A DNA stretch of 17,622 nucleotides, taken from NCBI GenBank assembly GCA_043750125.1, contig JAYVCD010000350.1, positions 1-17,622 of the forward strand, read 5' to 3'. This stretch comes from Archangiaceae bacterium (GTDB lineage: Bacteria; Myxococcota; Myxococcia; Myxococcales; Myxococcaceae). Under the pieces are notes generated by a model. The model did not search any database and was not told the DNA's origin. It saw only the letters and a program-made list of their open reading frames with translations. This document shows, piece by piece, positions 1-7,764 of this stretch. The first letter of the stretch is position 1; each line of letters opens with the position of its first letter. A program made the translations under genes and the position numbers.

Positions 1-1
1 G

Positions 2-1162
2 GACGTGAGCCCCTCGAACATTTTCATCAGCTACACCGGCCAGGTGAAGGTGCTCGACTTCGGCATCGCGCGCGCCGAGTCGCGGGTGACGACCACCACT
101 GCCGGAATCGTGAAGGGAAAGTACCAGTACATGTCGCCCGAGCAGGCGCGCAGCGGTCAGGTCGATCGCCGCGCCGACATCTATTCGTTGGGGGTGAGCT
201 TGTACGAGGCATGCACCAACGTGCGGCCGTTCGCGCGGGAAAATGATCTGGCGATCCTCAACGCGGTGTTGAACAGCGAGTTCAAGAGGCCCAGGGACGT
301 GCGGCCGGATCTTCCCGAGGAGATCGAGCGGATCATCATGAAGGCGCTGGCCCCGGAACTCTCAGTGCGGTACCACACGGCGGCGGCGTTCGCGCTCGAC
401 CTCGAGCGTTACCTGCAGGCCACCAGTGCGGGCGAAAGCACCATGGGGATGGCGGCATTCATGGCCGCGTTCTTTGGACCTGACCGCGTGGCGAGCAAGA
501 CCCGCATTGATTCCCTGGCCGAGTTGGCCACCAAGGGGGTCGACGTTCCGGGGTTCGAAAACCCGACGGCCCTGAAGACCGACATGGTCGAGCAGAGGGA
601 TGCGAAGTTCCTCGAGGGAGCGACGAAGGCGACCTCGCCCCCCAGGGGGGCCGACGACAAGTTGCCGGGCCGTCGGGTGGGAATGATCGCGATCGGTGCT
701 GCGGGACTGTTGCTGGTGGGTGCGGCGGCGGCCGCGTACGGGGTCTGGCACACCCGGCCGGTGGTGGTTCCTCTGCCGGTCGAAGGGGTGAACGTGCAGA
801 CGGTCGACTCGGGAGAGCCGGTCAGCGTGGATGCCGGGCCGCCGCCCCCGCTTGCGTGGGTGCCCCCGGTGGGGCCGGTGACGCTCACTCCGGCGTTGAT
901 CATGAAAGTGGTCCGACAGCACACCAGCGCAGTGTCGCGGTGCTTCGAGCAGAACAAAGAGGATCTGCCCAGCGAGAGCGGTCAGCTGTCGGTAAACTTC
1001 ACCATCAACGGCTCGGGGAAGGTGAGCTCGGCGAAGAGCCAGCTGTCAGACGAAAAGGTCGGGAAGTGCGTCGAGCAGGTGGTGTCTGCGATGCGGTTCC
1101 CGAAGCACAAAGACAAAGAGGTCTCGTTGACGTTGCCCTTCTCGTACCAGGTGAAGCACTAA
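2..1162 (+). CDS. Membrane-anchored Ser/Thr protein kinase (5'-truncated by window) with C-terminal AgmX/PglI (TonB_C-like) domain
   Basis: Frame begins DVSPSN (end of the HRD catalytic loop), followed by VKVLDFGIA, GKYQYMSPEQ and DIYSLG. A hydrophobic TM segment (MIAIGAAGLLLVGAAAAAYGVW) and a Pro-rich linker follow. The C-terminal domain has a Cys pair (SRCFE...GKCVE), FTINGSGKV and LPFSY. Confidence 0.92.
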   Translation, partial: DVSPSNIFISYTGQVKVLDFGIARAESRVTTTTAGIVKGKYQYMSPEQARSGQVDRRADIYSLGVSLYEACTNVRPFARENDLAILNAVLNSEFKRPRDVRPDLPEEIERIIMKALAPELSVRYHTAAAFALDLERYLQATSAGESTMGMAAFMAAFFGPDRVASKTRIDSLAELATKGVDVPGFENPTALKTDMVEQRDAKFLEGATKATSPPRGADDKLPGRRVGMIAIGAAGLLLVGAAAAAYGVWHTRPVVVPLPVEGVNVQTVDSGEPVSVDAGPPPPLAWVPPVGPVTLTPALIMKVVRQHTSAVSRCFEQNKEDLPSESGQLSVNFTINGSGKVSSAKSQLSDEKVGKCVEQVVSAMRFPKHKDKEVSLTLPFSYQVKH

Positions 1163-1224
1163 CCCCGGGTCGGCGCGCTGCCGGCCAGTCGCCGAGGGGC
1201 GAGGTCGGTTTCGGTGTCGAGGGA

Positions 1225-1827
1225 CTAAATTTCGCGGCGCGCAGTAATCGCGCGAGCGAGCGTGGCCTGGTCCGCGTACTCGAGATCGCCGCCCATCGGA
1301 ATTCCCTGAGCCAGGCGGGTGACCTTGAGGCCCATCGGCTTGAGCAGGCGGGTGAGGTAGAGCGCGGTGGCTTCGCCTTCGATGTCGGGGTTGGTGGCGA
1401 TGATCACTTCTTCGACCGGAGTGTCCTGCAGTCGCAGCAACAGCTCGCGAATCTTCAATTGCTCGGGGCCGACGCCTTCGAGCGGCGAAAGCACTCCGTG
1501 GAGCACGTGGTAGCGGCCCTTGAATTCGCGGGTCCGCTCGAGAGCCAGCTGGTCGGCGATGCCTTCGACGACACAGACTTGTCGGTCGTCGCGCCGTGCG
1601 TCGGTGCAGTAGCCGCAGACGGTGTCGCGGGGCCCGTCGGTGAGGCTGAAGCAGCGCGGGCACAGTCGGACCTTGTCGACGACCTCGAGCAGGGCGGCGG
1701 CGAGGGCGCGGGCGTAGTCGGGCTGAGAGCGGAGGACATGAAACGCCAGCCGCTGAGCGGTCTTCTCGCCGATGCCCGGCAGCTTCGCCAGTTGCGCCAC
1801 CAGGCGATTGATCGCGTCGGGAGTCAG
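1225..1827 (-). CDS. recR: Recombination mediator RecR
   Basis: HhH motif LPGIGEKTAQRLAF, C4 zinc finger (CPRC...CGYC), Toprim region ATNPDIEGEATA and GIPMGGDLEYAD. It lies downstream of ybaB. Start placed at CTG 1827 (see findings). Confidence 0.96.
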   Translation of the reverse strand: MTPDAINRLVAQLAKLPGIGEKTAQRLAFHVLRSQPDYARALAAALLEVVDKVRLCPRCFSLTDGPRDTVCGYCTDARRDDRQVCVVEGIADQLALERTREFKGRYHVLHGVLSPLEGVGPEQLKIRELLLRLQDTPVEEVIIATNPDIEGEATALYLTRLLKPMGLKVTRLAQGIPMGGDLEYADQATLARAITARREI

Positions 1828-2141
1828 GTGATGCCCGGAATCTTGATCCCGCCGGAGATCTTGCCGAGCTCTTTTTGCATGTGATTCTTGCTGGCAGTGA
1901 GAGCGGCGTTGACTGCGGCGGTGACGAGGTCTTCGAGCATCGCGATGTCGTTCGAATCGACGAGCGCCTTGTCGATTTTGATCGTCTTGAGCTCCTGGAC
2001 CCCGTTGGCGACCGCGACCACCCGCCCGTCGCCGGCCTGACCTTCGACCGTTTCGTTCGAGAGCTCGGTCTTCCGGGCCTCGATCTTCTCGGTCAGCTTG
2101 TTGGCCTGCCGAATGAAATAGTTGAGGTCGACACCGGGCAT
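1824..2141 (-). CDS. ybaB: YbaB/EbfC family nucleoid-associated protein
   Basis: 105 aa with VEGQAGDGRVVAVANG and MLEDLVTAAVNAA. Canonical dnaX-ybaB-recR synteny. GGAG lies upstream of the ATG. Confidence 0.95.
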   Translation of the reverse strand: MPGVDLNYFIRQANKLTEKIEARKTELSNETVEGQAGDGRVVAVANGVQELKTIKIDKALVDSNDIAMLEDLVTAAVNAALTASKNHMQKELGKISGGIKIPGIT

Positions 2142-2186
2142 TGAGATTCACTCCGTTGAAAAGGTGGCCTTCCTATATCCGACTCT

Positions 2187-2987
2187 TCAGGACTCGTCTT
2201 CCGCAGGTGGCGCAGTCTCTGCGCCCGCGGGCGGCAGGGGGTCGAGCACCTGCACATGCTCCACTTGCCCGCCAAAGTATTTGAGGATGTTCTGCACTGC
2301 CGGATGCACCCGAACCCGGGCATCGATGCTGTGTTCGCGCGCGGTGCGGTCGGACAATTCCTGTTCGGCGATGCTCTTGGGCGCAGCGGCCAGCGAGGCG
2401 TTGGAAGTGTCTTCTTGCAGGCGGGTGGCCTGCCCGAGGGTGGCGGAGATTCGTTTCTCGATCTCGGCCTTCGCACCGCCGAAGACAGTGGCGCGGTGGA
2501 AGCCGGCTTCGGGAGGGAAGGCGATCTTCAGCAGCCCGGGCTCGAACAGGACGACCCGCGCGAACGAGAGCGACTTGCCAAAGCGGGTCGATTCCGCACG
2601 GACGGCTTCGACTGCGCGCCTCCAGACGTCCTGGGAAGTGGGCTCAGGGGGAGGAGGGCCGGGGACTTCTTCCGGAAGGCAATCGCCCGAAGCGCAACCT
2701 TCGGCGGACCCTTCCGGAGCAAACAGCCGTTCGTCGGGGGACGAGGGCTCTTCGGAGATGGGAGGCGCGCGCCGAGGCTCAGCGGGACCCGGTGGCTGCA
2801 CGGGGCTGGGAGGTACGGGAGTGGGGACCGTCCCTCGACTGCTCTCGGGATGAGCGGGGGTGCTCTCGGGATGAGCGGGAGTGACGTGGGGTGGGACGGG
2901 CCCGAGTGTGGGCGGGGCGGGCCTGCTCTCGGGGGGGACCGCCCGGGCCGGGGGAAGAGCGGGGCGCGAAGGCTCAGGAAGGGCGAA
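2187..2987 (-). CDS. dnaX: C-terminal part of DnaX (Pro-rich linker plus tau-like C-terminal domain) in the +1 frame relative to 2974..4152
   Basis: This frame is open from 3047 to the stop at 2187. It encodes a Pro-rich linker, then WRRAVEAV...LKIAFP...HPAVQNILKYFGGQVEHVQV, which resembles tau C-termini. It sits between the dnaX core and ybaB. The 5' boundary is set at the candidate shift codon. Confidence 0.75.
   Translation of the reverse strand, partial: FALPEPSRPALPPARAVPPESRPAPPTLGPVPPHVTPAHPESTPAHPESSRGTVPTPVPPSPVQPPGPAEPRRAPPISEEPSSPDERLFAPEGSAEGCASGDCLPEEVPGPPPPEPTSQDVWRRAVEAVRAESTRFGKSLSFARVVLFEPGLLKIAFPPEAGFHRATVFGGAKAEIEKRISATLGQATRLQEDTSNASLAAAPKSIAEQELSDRTAREHSIDARVRVHPAVQNILKYFGGQVEHVQVLDPLPPAGAETAPPAEDES
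2840..2881. repeat. 21-bp tandem repeat x2, with a partial third copy at 2924-2933
   Basis: tgctctcgggatgagcggggg and tgctctcgggatgagcgggag (1 mismatch). It encodes TPAHPES x2 in the +1 dnaX frame. Confidence 0.9.
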
Positions 2988-4152
2988 AGCTCGGGGTGCC
3001 GGAGCGACCTCCTGGCGCCCCGGCGGACAACTTTTCGATGCGGGCGATCAGCTCGGGGATTGCCGCGGCAGGGGCGAGGTAGACGCCTTTGAGCAAAGTC
3101 ATTTCGAAGGCGAGGCGAGGCTGCGCCGCGCGGGCAATTTCCCAGACACTGCCGTGCACCACATCGAACAGGCGGGCCAGTTGGGCCGCATCTGCCTCGC
3201 GCGCGAGCAGCACGACCGCGTCGCGATCGGTCTCGGCCAGTTCCTCGGGGGCCGCGCCGGTGCTCTTGGCGATGAAGAGGTGCCGCAGCTCGAAGGCCAG
3301 CTCTTCGGCGAGGCGACGCAGATCGACTCCGCGACTCCAGACCTCTTCGATTTTCTGCATCAGCGTCCGCGCGTCCCGCTGAACGAGCGCGGTGGCGAAG
3401 GCGTGAACGAGGGTGCGATCGATGGCGCCGAGCGCTTCGGCGACCTGCTCGTCGGTGGGCGTTTCGCCGCAGGCAGACAACACCTGGTCCAGAAGAGACA
3501 GCGCATCGCGCATGCCGCCTTCCGACTGGCGCACGAGCAAAGACAAGCTGCCGTCGGTGACCTTCACTTTTTCGAGGGCGCAGATCTGCTGCAGCCGCTT
3601 GAGCATCGCGGCCTGGGGAATTCGGCGAAAGTTGTGGCGCTGGCAGCGCGAGAGAATCGTGTCGGGCAGCTTCTGCGGCTCGGTGGTCGCGAAGATGAAC
3701 TTCACGTGGCCGGGCGGCTCTTCGAGCGTCTTGAGCAGTGCATTGAAGGCTGCGCCCGAGAGCATGTGAACTTCGTCGATGATGTAAATCTTGTGGCGAT
3801 CGCGTTGGGGCAGGTACTTCGCGTTCTCGCGAATCTCGCGCACGTTCTCGACGCCATTGTTCGAAGCGCCGTCGATCTCGGCCACGTCGACGCTGATTCC
3901 ATCGCGGATTTCGGTGCAGGCCTGACACACGCCGCAGGGGGTCGCCGTCGGCCCCTTCTCGCAGTTGAGCGCGCGGGCGAGCAGTCGGGCGGCGGTGGTC
4001 TTCCCCGTCCCGCGAGGCCCACAGAACAGGTAGGCGTGGGCGACGCGCCCGAGCTTGATCGCGTTCTCGATCGTGCGGACCACGTGCTCCTGGCCCGTCA
4101 TGTCTTCGAAGGTCTGGGGGCGGTATTTTCGAGCGAGAACCGTGTAGCTCAT
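2974..4152 (-). CDS. dnaX: DNA polymerase III subunit gamma/tau, N-terminal AAA+ core (gamma-sized, 392 aa)
   Basis: MSYTVLARKYRPQTF N-terminus, Walker A GPRGTGKT, zinc module LNC...CGVCQAC, Walker B IIDEVH, SRC motif and GGMRDALSLLDQ. Confidence 0.98.
   Translation of the reverse strand: MSYTVLARKYRPQTFEDMTGQEHVVRTIENAIKLGRVAHAYLFCGPRGTGKTTAARLLARALNCEKGPTATPCGVCQACTEIRDGISVDVAEIDGASNNGVENVREIRENAKYLPQRDRHKIYIIDEVHMLSGAAFNALLKTLEEPPGHVKFIFATTEPQKLPDTILSRCQRHNFRRIPQAAMLKRLQQICALEKVKVTDGSLSLLVRQSEGGMRDALSLLDQVLSACGETPTDEQVAEALGAIDRTLVHAFATALVQRDARTLMQKIEEVWSRGVDLRRLAEELAFELRHLFIAKSTGAAPEELAETDRDAVVLLAREADAAQLARLFDVVHGSVWEIARAAQPRLAFEMTLLKGVYLAPAAAIPELIARIEKLSAGAPGGRSGTPSFRPS
3007..3013 (-). 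promoter_or_regulatory. Internal Shine-Dalgarno-like sequence AGGAGGT near the dnaX frame junction
   Basis: A perfect 7-nt anti-SD complement with no ATG/GTG/TTG at initiation distance downstream. It lies 18 nt upstream of the UUU_CGC codons. Confidence 0.45.
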
Positions 4153-4222
4153 GACCCACGGCTTGTAACCGTTGGGACCCTTCGAGTCGACCCTGCAGAG
4201 CGTCTGAACCCCGGCGCGATTT

Positions 4223-5470
4223 TCAGTGGGTGACGTAGAGGTAGGCGAGACACATTTCGTCTTCCGTGCTCTCGCCCCACGTCACCGTCCTGGGGGTGGG
4301 GTTGTCCCAGGTACAGCTCAACGTGACCTTCTGACCCTGCTTGACCACCTGGGGCTGATTGAAGAAGTACTGCTGTTGCCAGTGGAAGTCCCACTGGGGA
4401 ATGTCGACCAGGCAGGCGTTGGGGCCGGTGACGGTGATGCGCTTCCCCTTCTGGTGCATGTGCGGCAGCACGCCCCACACCTTGGCGTCGAAGCCGAGCG
4501 AGTTCGGGAAGTCCTTCGGCTGGCCCACCGGGGTGAAGGCCATCGAGTTCGGCGGAATCGACCAGAGAAAGTCGGCCAGGGGCAGAAGGGTCGCGGGAAT
4601 GACCGGAGCCCGCGCGTACTGCAGCTTGACGGTGGTGGTGTCGGGCGAGCGGCTCGCGGCGCTGGTGTTGTAGTGAATCTGCATCGCGAACACCTTGCCT
4701 GCAGGGAGCGCGATGCCGGTGCCCGCCGGGTAGCTGACTTTTGCCGTCCCCGGGACCCAGCCGCCAATCAGGACGGCCTTGTCGATGCCTGAGGCGCCAA
4801 AGCAGGTCCACCCTTCGCCCGGCTCGGCGCTGTCTTTGGCCACCGCGTCGGCCTTGTCGACCGCGAAGATCAGCACGTGGTGAACCTCGTTGCGTTGCCC
4901 CGGAATGACTTCGTAGCCGACGACCGATTGGGGGGCAGTCAGGTTCGGGTCGACGAGGAAGCAGTGGTAGTCGTCGGTCAGAGTCGCGCTGGGGGTGTAG
5001 CTGCTTACCGGAGCGACCGTGGCATCGACCCATTCGAGCGCGTCTTGCTTGAACGCGGGGGGGGCGTCGGCCGGGTTTCCTTCCAGCCCGCCGCCCGCGG
5101 CCCAGGCGGCAAAGACGTCGATCTCGGCCTGGCTGAGCCGGCGCGAGTCGCGGTAGCTCATTCCACAAGCTTCATTGGGCATCCACGGCGGCATCCGACG
5201 GCTGCTCGCAGCGTTTCCAATCTGCGCGAACGAGCTCTTCACCGACGCGTAGGTGTCCATTGGGAACGGAGCGATTCCTCCCACCGCGTGGCAGCCCTGA
5301 CAGCGGACCTGGGCCACAGGCAGCACGTCGCGGTACCAGGTGGCCTGCCCGCCGTCCGGGAGCAACGTCGCTTCGACGATGATCCCCGCATCGGGCACCG
5401 CGTCCGGGGCGACCGGAAGACAGCCGACGATGAAAATGAGCGCAGCAGCGAGGGGCAAAAGTCGTGTCAT
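4223..5470 (-). CDS. Lipoprotein with N-terminal c-type heme domain and copper type II (PHM/DBH-like) monooxygenase domains
   Basis: Lipobox IVGC (Cys16), CQGCH heme-binding motif and RRMPPW. CuH-type ligands VHHV and QIHY, CuM-type ligands PHMH and DEMC, plus WDFHWQ. AGGAAG lies upstream of the ATG. Confidence 0.85.
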   Translation of the reverse strand: MTRLLPLAAALIFIVGCLPVAPDAVPDAGIIVEATLLPDGGQATWYRDVLPVAQVRCQGCHAVGGIAPFPMDTYASVKSSFAQIGNAASSRRMPPWMPNEACGMSYRDSRRLSQAEIDVFAAWAAGGGLEGNPADAPPAFKQDALEWVDATVAPVSSYTPSATLTDDYHCFLVDPNLTAPQSVVGYEVIPGQRNEVHHVLIFAVDKADAVAKDSAEPGEGWTCFGASGIDKAVLIGGWVPGTAKVSYPAGTGIALPAGKVFAMQIHYNTSAASRSPDTTTVKLQYARAPVIPATLLPLADFLWSIPPNSMAFTPVGQPKDFPNSLGFDAKVWGVLPHMHQKGKRITVTGPNACLVDIPQWDFHWQQQYFFNQPQVVKQGQKVTLSCTWDNPTPRTVTWGESTEDEMCLAYLYVTH

Positions 5471-5565
5471 GGCTTCCTGTCGGTTGCACTCAAGCGGGGC
5501 GATTGAGAAACAGACACTCCGACACGCTGGAACGCAAACACGGGCGTTGTATGACGGCGTCGCAC

Positions 5566-7764
5566 ATGAAAGTTCTCGCTATGACCTTGCTGACCGCGAC
5601 CGCCGCCACTGCTGCCGATGCTTCCTTTCTGCGCGAGTTTGCCGAAACGCGTCGGTACCTCGCGGGCCGGCCGACCTCGCCCAAATTTTCGCCCGACAGC
5701 AAGACGGTGCTCTTCCTGCGCGCGACGGCCCGGGCGCCCGAGCAGATGCTGTACGAGCTCGAGATCGCGACCGGGCAGACGAAGCAGCTGTTGACGCCCG
5801 AGGCGGTGTTGGAAGGCGCGGCCGCGACGCTGTCGGTGGCAGAAAAGGCGCGAATGGAACGGATGCGGATGACCGCCCGCGGCTTCACGAGCTTCCAGGT
5901 GTCGCCCGACGGTTCGAAGATTCTGCTCGGGCTGTCGGGGCGGCTGTACGTGATTGAGCGGAACAGCGGAAAAGTGCAGCTGCTGAAGACCGGCGCAGGC
6001 GCGGCGATCGACGCGAAGTTTTCTCCCGACGGGCTGCGGGTCGGCTTCGTGCGGGACAACGACGTGAGGGGAGTAGAGCTGAAGACCAATGTCGAGAAGT
6101 CGGTCAGCACGGGCGGCACGGAGCTCAAGCCCCACGGTCTGGCCGAATTCGTGGCTCAAGAAGAGATGTCACGCTTCGAGGGGTTCTGGTTCTCGTCCGA
6201 CAGCAAGACAGTCATTTTCCAGCAGACGGACCACAACGGAATGGAGCAGTTCGGCATACCGGACCCGATGCACCCCGAAGCGCAGCCCGAGCGGTTCTTC
6301 TACCCCCGGCCGGGGAAAGCGAACGCGAAGGTGACGCTGTGGATGACGTCGGTGGCAGGGGGCAAGCCGACCGAAATCAAGTGGGACGCCCAGGCCTTTC
6401 CCTATTTGACGACGGTGAAGGCGCCGAAGATCGGACCCCTGACGCTGGTGGTGCAGAACCGCGAGCAGACGAAGCAACAGGTGCTGCAGGTCGAGCAGAA
6501 GACGGGAAAGACGAAGCTGCTGCTGGCCGAGGAAGACGCGGCGTGGCTGAACATCGCCCAGGAATTTCCGCATTGGCTGCCCGATGGGTCCGGCTTTTTC
6601 TGGATGACCGAAAAAAGCGGGTGGCCCGAGGTCGAGCTGCGCAACGCCGATGGCTCTTTCAATGCGACCTGGGTGAAGGGCACGGCCCGCTATGGCGCGG
6701 CGGTGCGACCGGGCGGCGGATTTTCCGAGCTGGTCGGGTACGACGAGGCAAACCAGTCGCTGTGGTTTCTGGGTGGGACCCACCCGGTCGAGACGCACGT
6801 GTACCGGGTCAAGGCCTTGGGCCCGGTCGAGCGGGTGAAGTTGTTTGCCGATGAGAACAGCAATGAAGCGGCGGTGCTTTCGCCCGATGGAAAATCGGTG
6901 GTGGCGACGATGACGTCGCTGACCGCGATGCCCCGGTCGGCGGTGTTCTCGGCGGAAGGAAAGCAGCTCGTGCCGTTGCCGTCGGTGGCGATCGAGCCTT
7001 CGCTTGCCGTCCACGCCGAGGTGAAGAAGATCGGCGGCGCGCCGGGGTACTGGGCGACGATCCTCAAGCCCGCTTCGTTCAAGGCCGGCCAGAAGCTGCC
7101 GGTGATCCTCAATGTCTACGGCGGGCCGGGGCACCAGGAAGTGCTCTATTCGCTGCGCGAGAACCTGCTGCTGCAGTGGCTGGCGGATCAGGGTTTTCTG
7201 GTGGTGAAGTTGGACGGGCGGGGCACGCCGAACCGCGGGCGCGATTGGGAACGGGCGATCAAGTCCGACTTCGCGACGTTGGCCGCGGACGACCAGGTGG
7301 CGGGGTTGAAGCTGTTGGGGAAGGAAGTGCCCGAAGCCGACTTGAGCCGGGTGGGTGTCTACGGCTGGTCGTTTGGGGGGTACATGGCGGCGCTGCTGGC
7401 GATGCGCAATGGCGAGGCGGTGAAGTCAGCGGTCTCGGGCGCTCCGGTGGTCGACTGGCTGGACTACGACACCCACTACACCGAGCGCTTTCTCGGGGTG
7501 CCTCCGGCGGCCGCCCACGCCTACGATGTGAGCAATCTTTTGACCTACGTGCCGAAGGCGCAGCGTCCGATCTTGTTCATGCACGGCACCGCGGACGACA
7601 ACGTCTATTTCTTCCACACGCTGAAATTGTCGGACGCGTTGTTCCGGGCGGGCAAGCAGCACTCGGTGCTTCCGCTCGCGAACTTCACTCACATGGTGCC
7701 CGAGCCACTGGTGCTCCAGAGGCAGTGGGAATGGATCGCGCGGTACTTCAAGGACACGTTGTAG
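5566..7764 (+). CDS. S9B family dipeptidyl peptidase IV-like serine peptidase, secreted
   Basis: Signal peptide MKVLAMTLLTATAATAA, beta-propeller FSPD repeats, FVAQEEM di-glutamate, VYGGPG, nucleophile motif GWSFGG, HGTADDNV and a C-terminal His (FTH). Alternative start at 5551. Confidence 0.93.
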   Translation: MKVLAMTLLTATAATAADASFLREFAETRRYLAGRPTSPKFSPDSKTVLFLRATARAPEQMLYELEIATGQTKQLLTPEAVLEGAAATLSVAEKARMERMRMTARGFTSFQVSPDGSKILLGLSGRLYVIERNSGKVQLLKTGAGAAIDAKFSPDGLRVGFVRDNDVRGVELKTNVEKSVSTGGTELKPHGLAEFVAQEEMSRFEGFWFSSDSKTVIFQQTDHNGMEQFGIPDPMHPEAQPERFFYPRPGKANAKVTLWMTSVAGGKPTEIKWDAQAFPYLTTVKAPKIGPLTLVVQNREQTKQQVLQVEQKTGKTKLLLAEEDAAWLNIAQEFPHWLPDGSGFFWMTEKSGWPEVELRNADGSFNATWVKGTARYGAAVRPGGGFSELVGYDEANQSLWFLGGTHPVETHVYRVKALGPVERVKLFADENSNEAAVLSPDGKSVVATMTSLTAMPRSAVFSAEGKQLVPLPSVAIEPSLAVHAEVKKIGGAPGYWATILKPASFKAGQKLPVILNVYGGPGHQEVLYSLRENLLLQWLADQGFLVVKLDGRGTPNRGRDWERAIKSDFATLAADDQVAGLKLLGKEVPEADLSRVGVYGWSFGGYMAALLAMRNGEAVKSAVSGAPVVDWLDYDTHYTERFLGVPPAAAHAYDVSNLLTYVPKAQRPILFMHGTADDNVYFFHTLKLSDALFRAGKQHSVLPLANFTHMVPEPLVLQRQWEWIARYFKDTL

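Noticed and set aside
1828-2151. 108-aa N-terminal extension of RecR in the ORF track
   Set aside because: It completely overlaps ybaB in another frame and is an Arg-rich shadow sequence.
2779-2976. UGA readthrough or selenocysteine at the dnaX stop
   Set aside because: The zero frame hits another TGA at 2781-2779 and never reaches the tau-like domain.
2528-4159. E. coli-type -1 frameshift in dnaX, or a real 543-aa ORF
   Set aside because: There is no A_AAA_AAG heptamer (only C_GAA_AAG). The -1 frame ends at 2528 with Arg/Pro-rich non-protein-like sequence and lacks the tau domain.
4153-4222. SRP RNA (ffs) or tRNA upstream of dnaX, as seen in many bacteria
   Set aside because: The gap is only 70 bp with no SRP helix-8 motif or cloverleaf.
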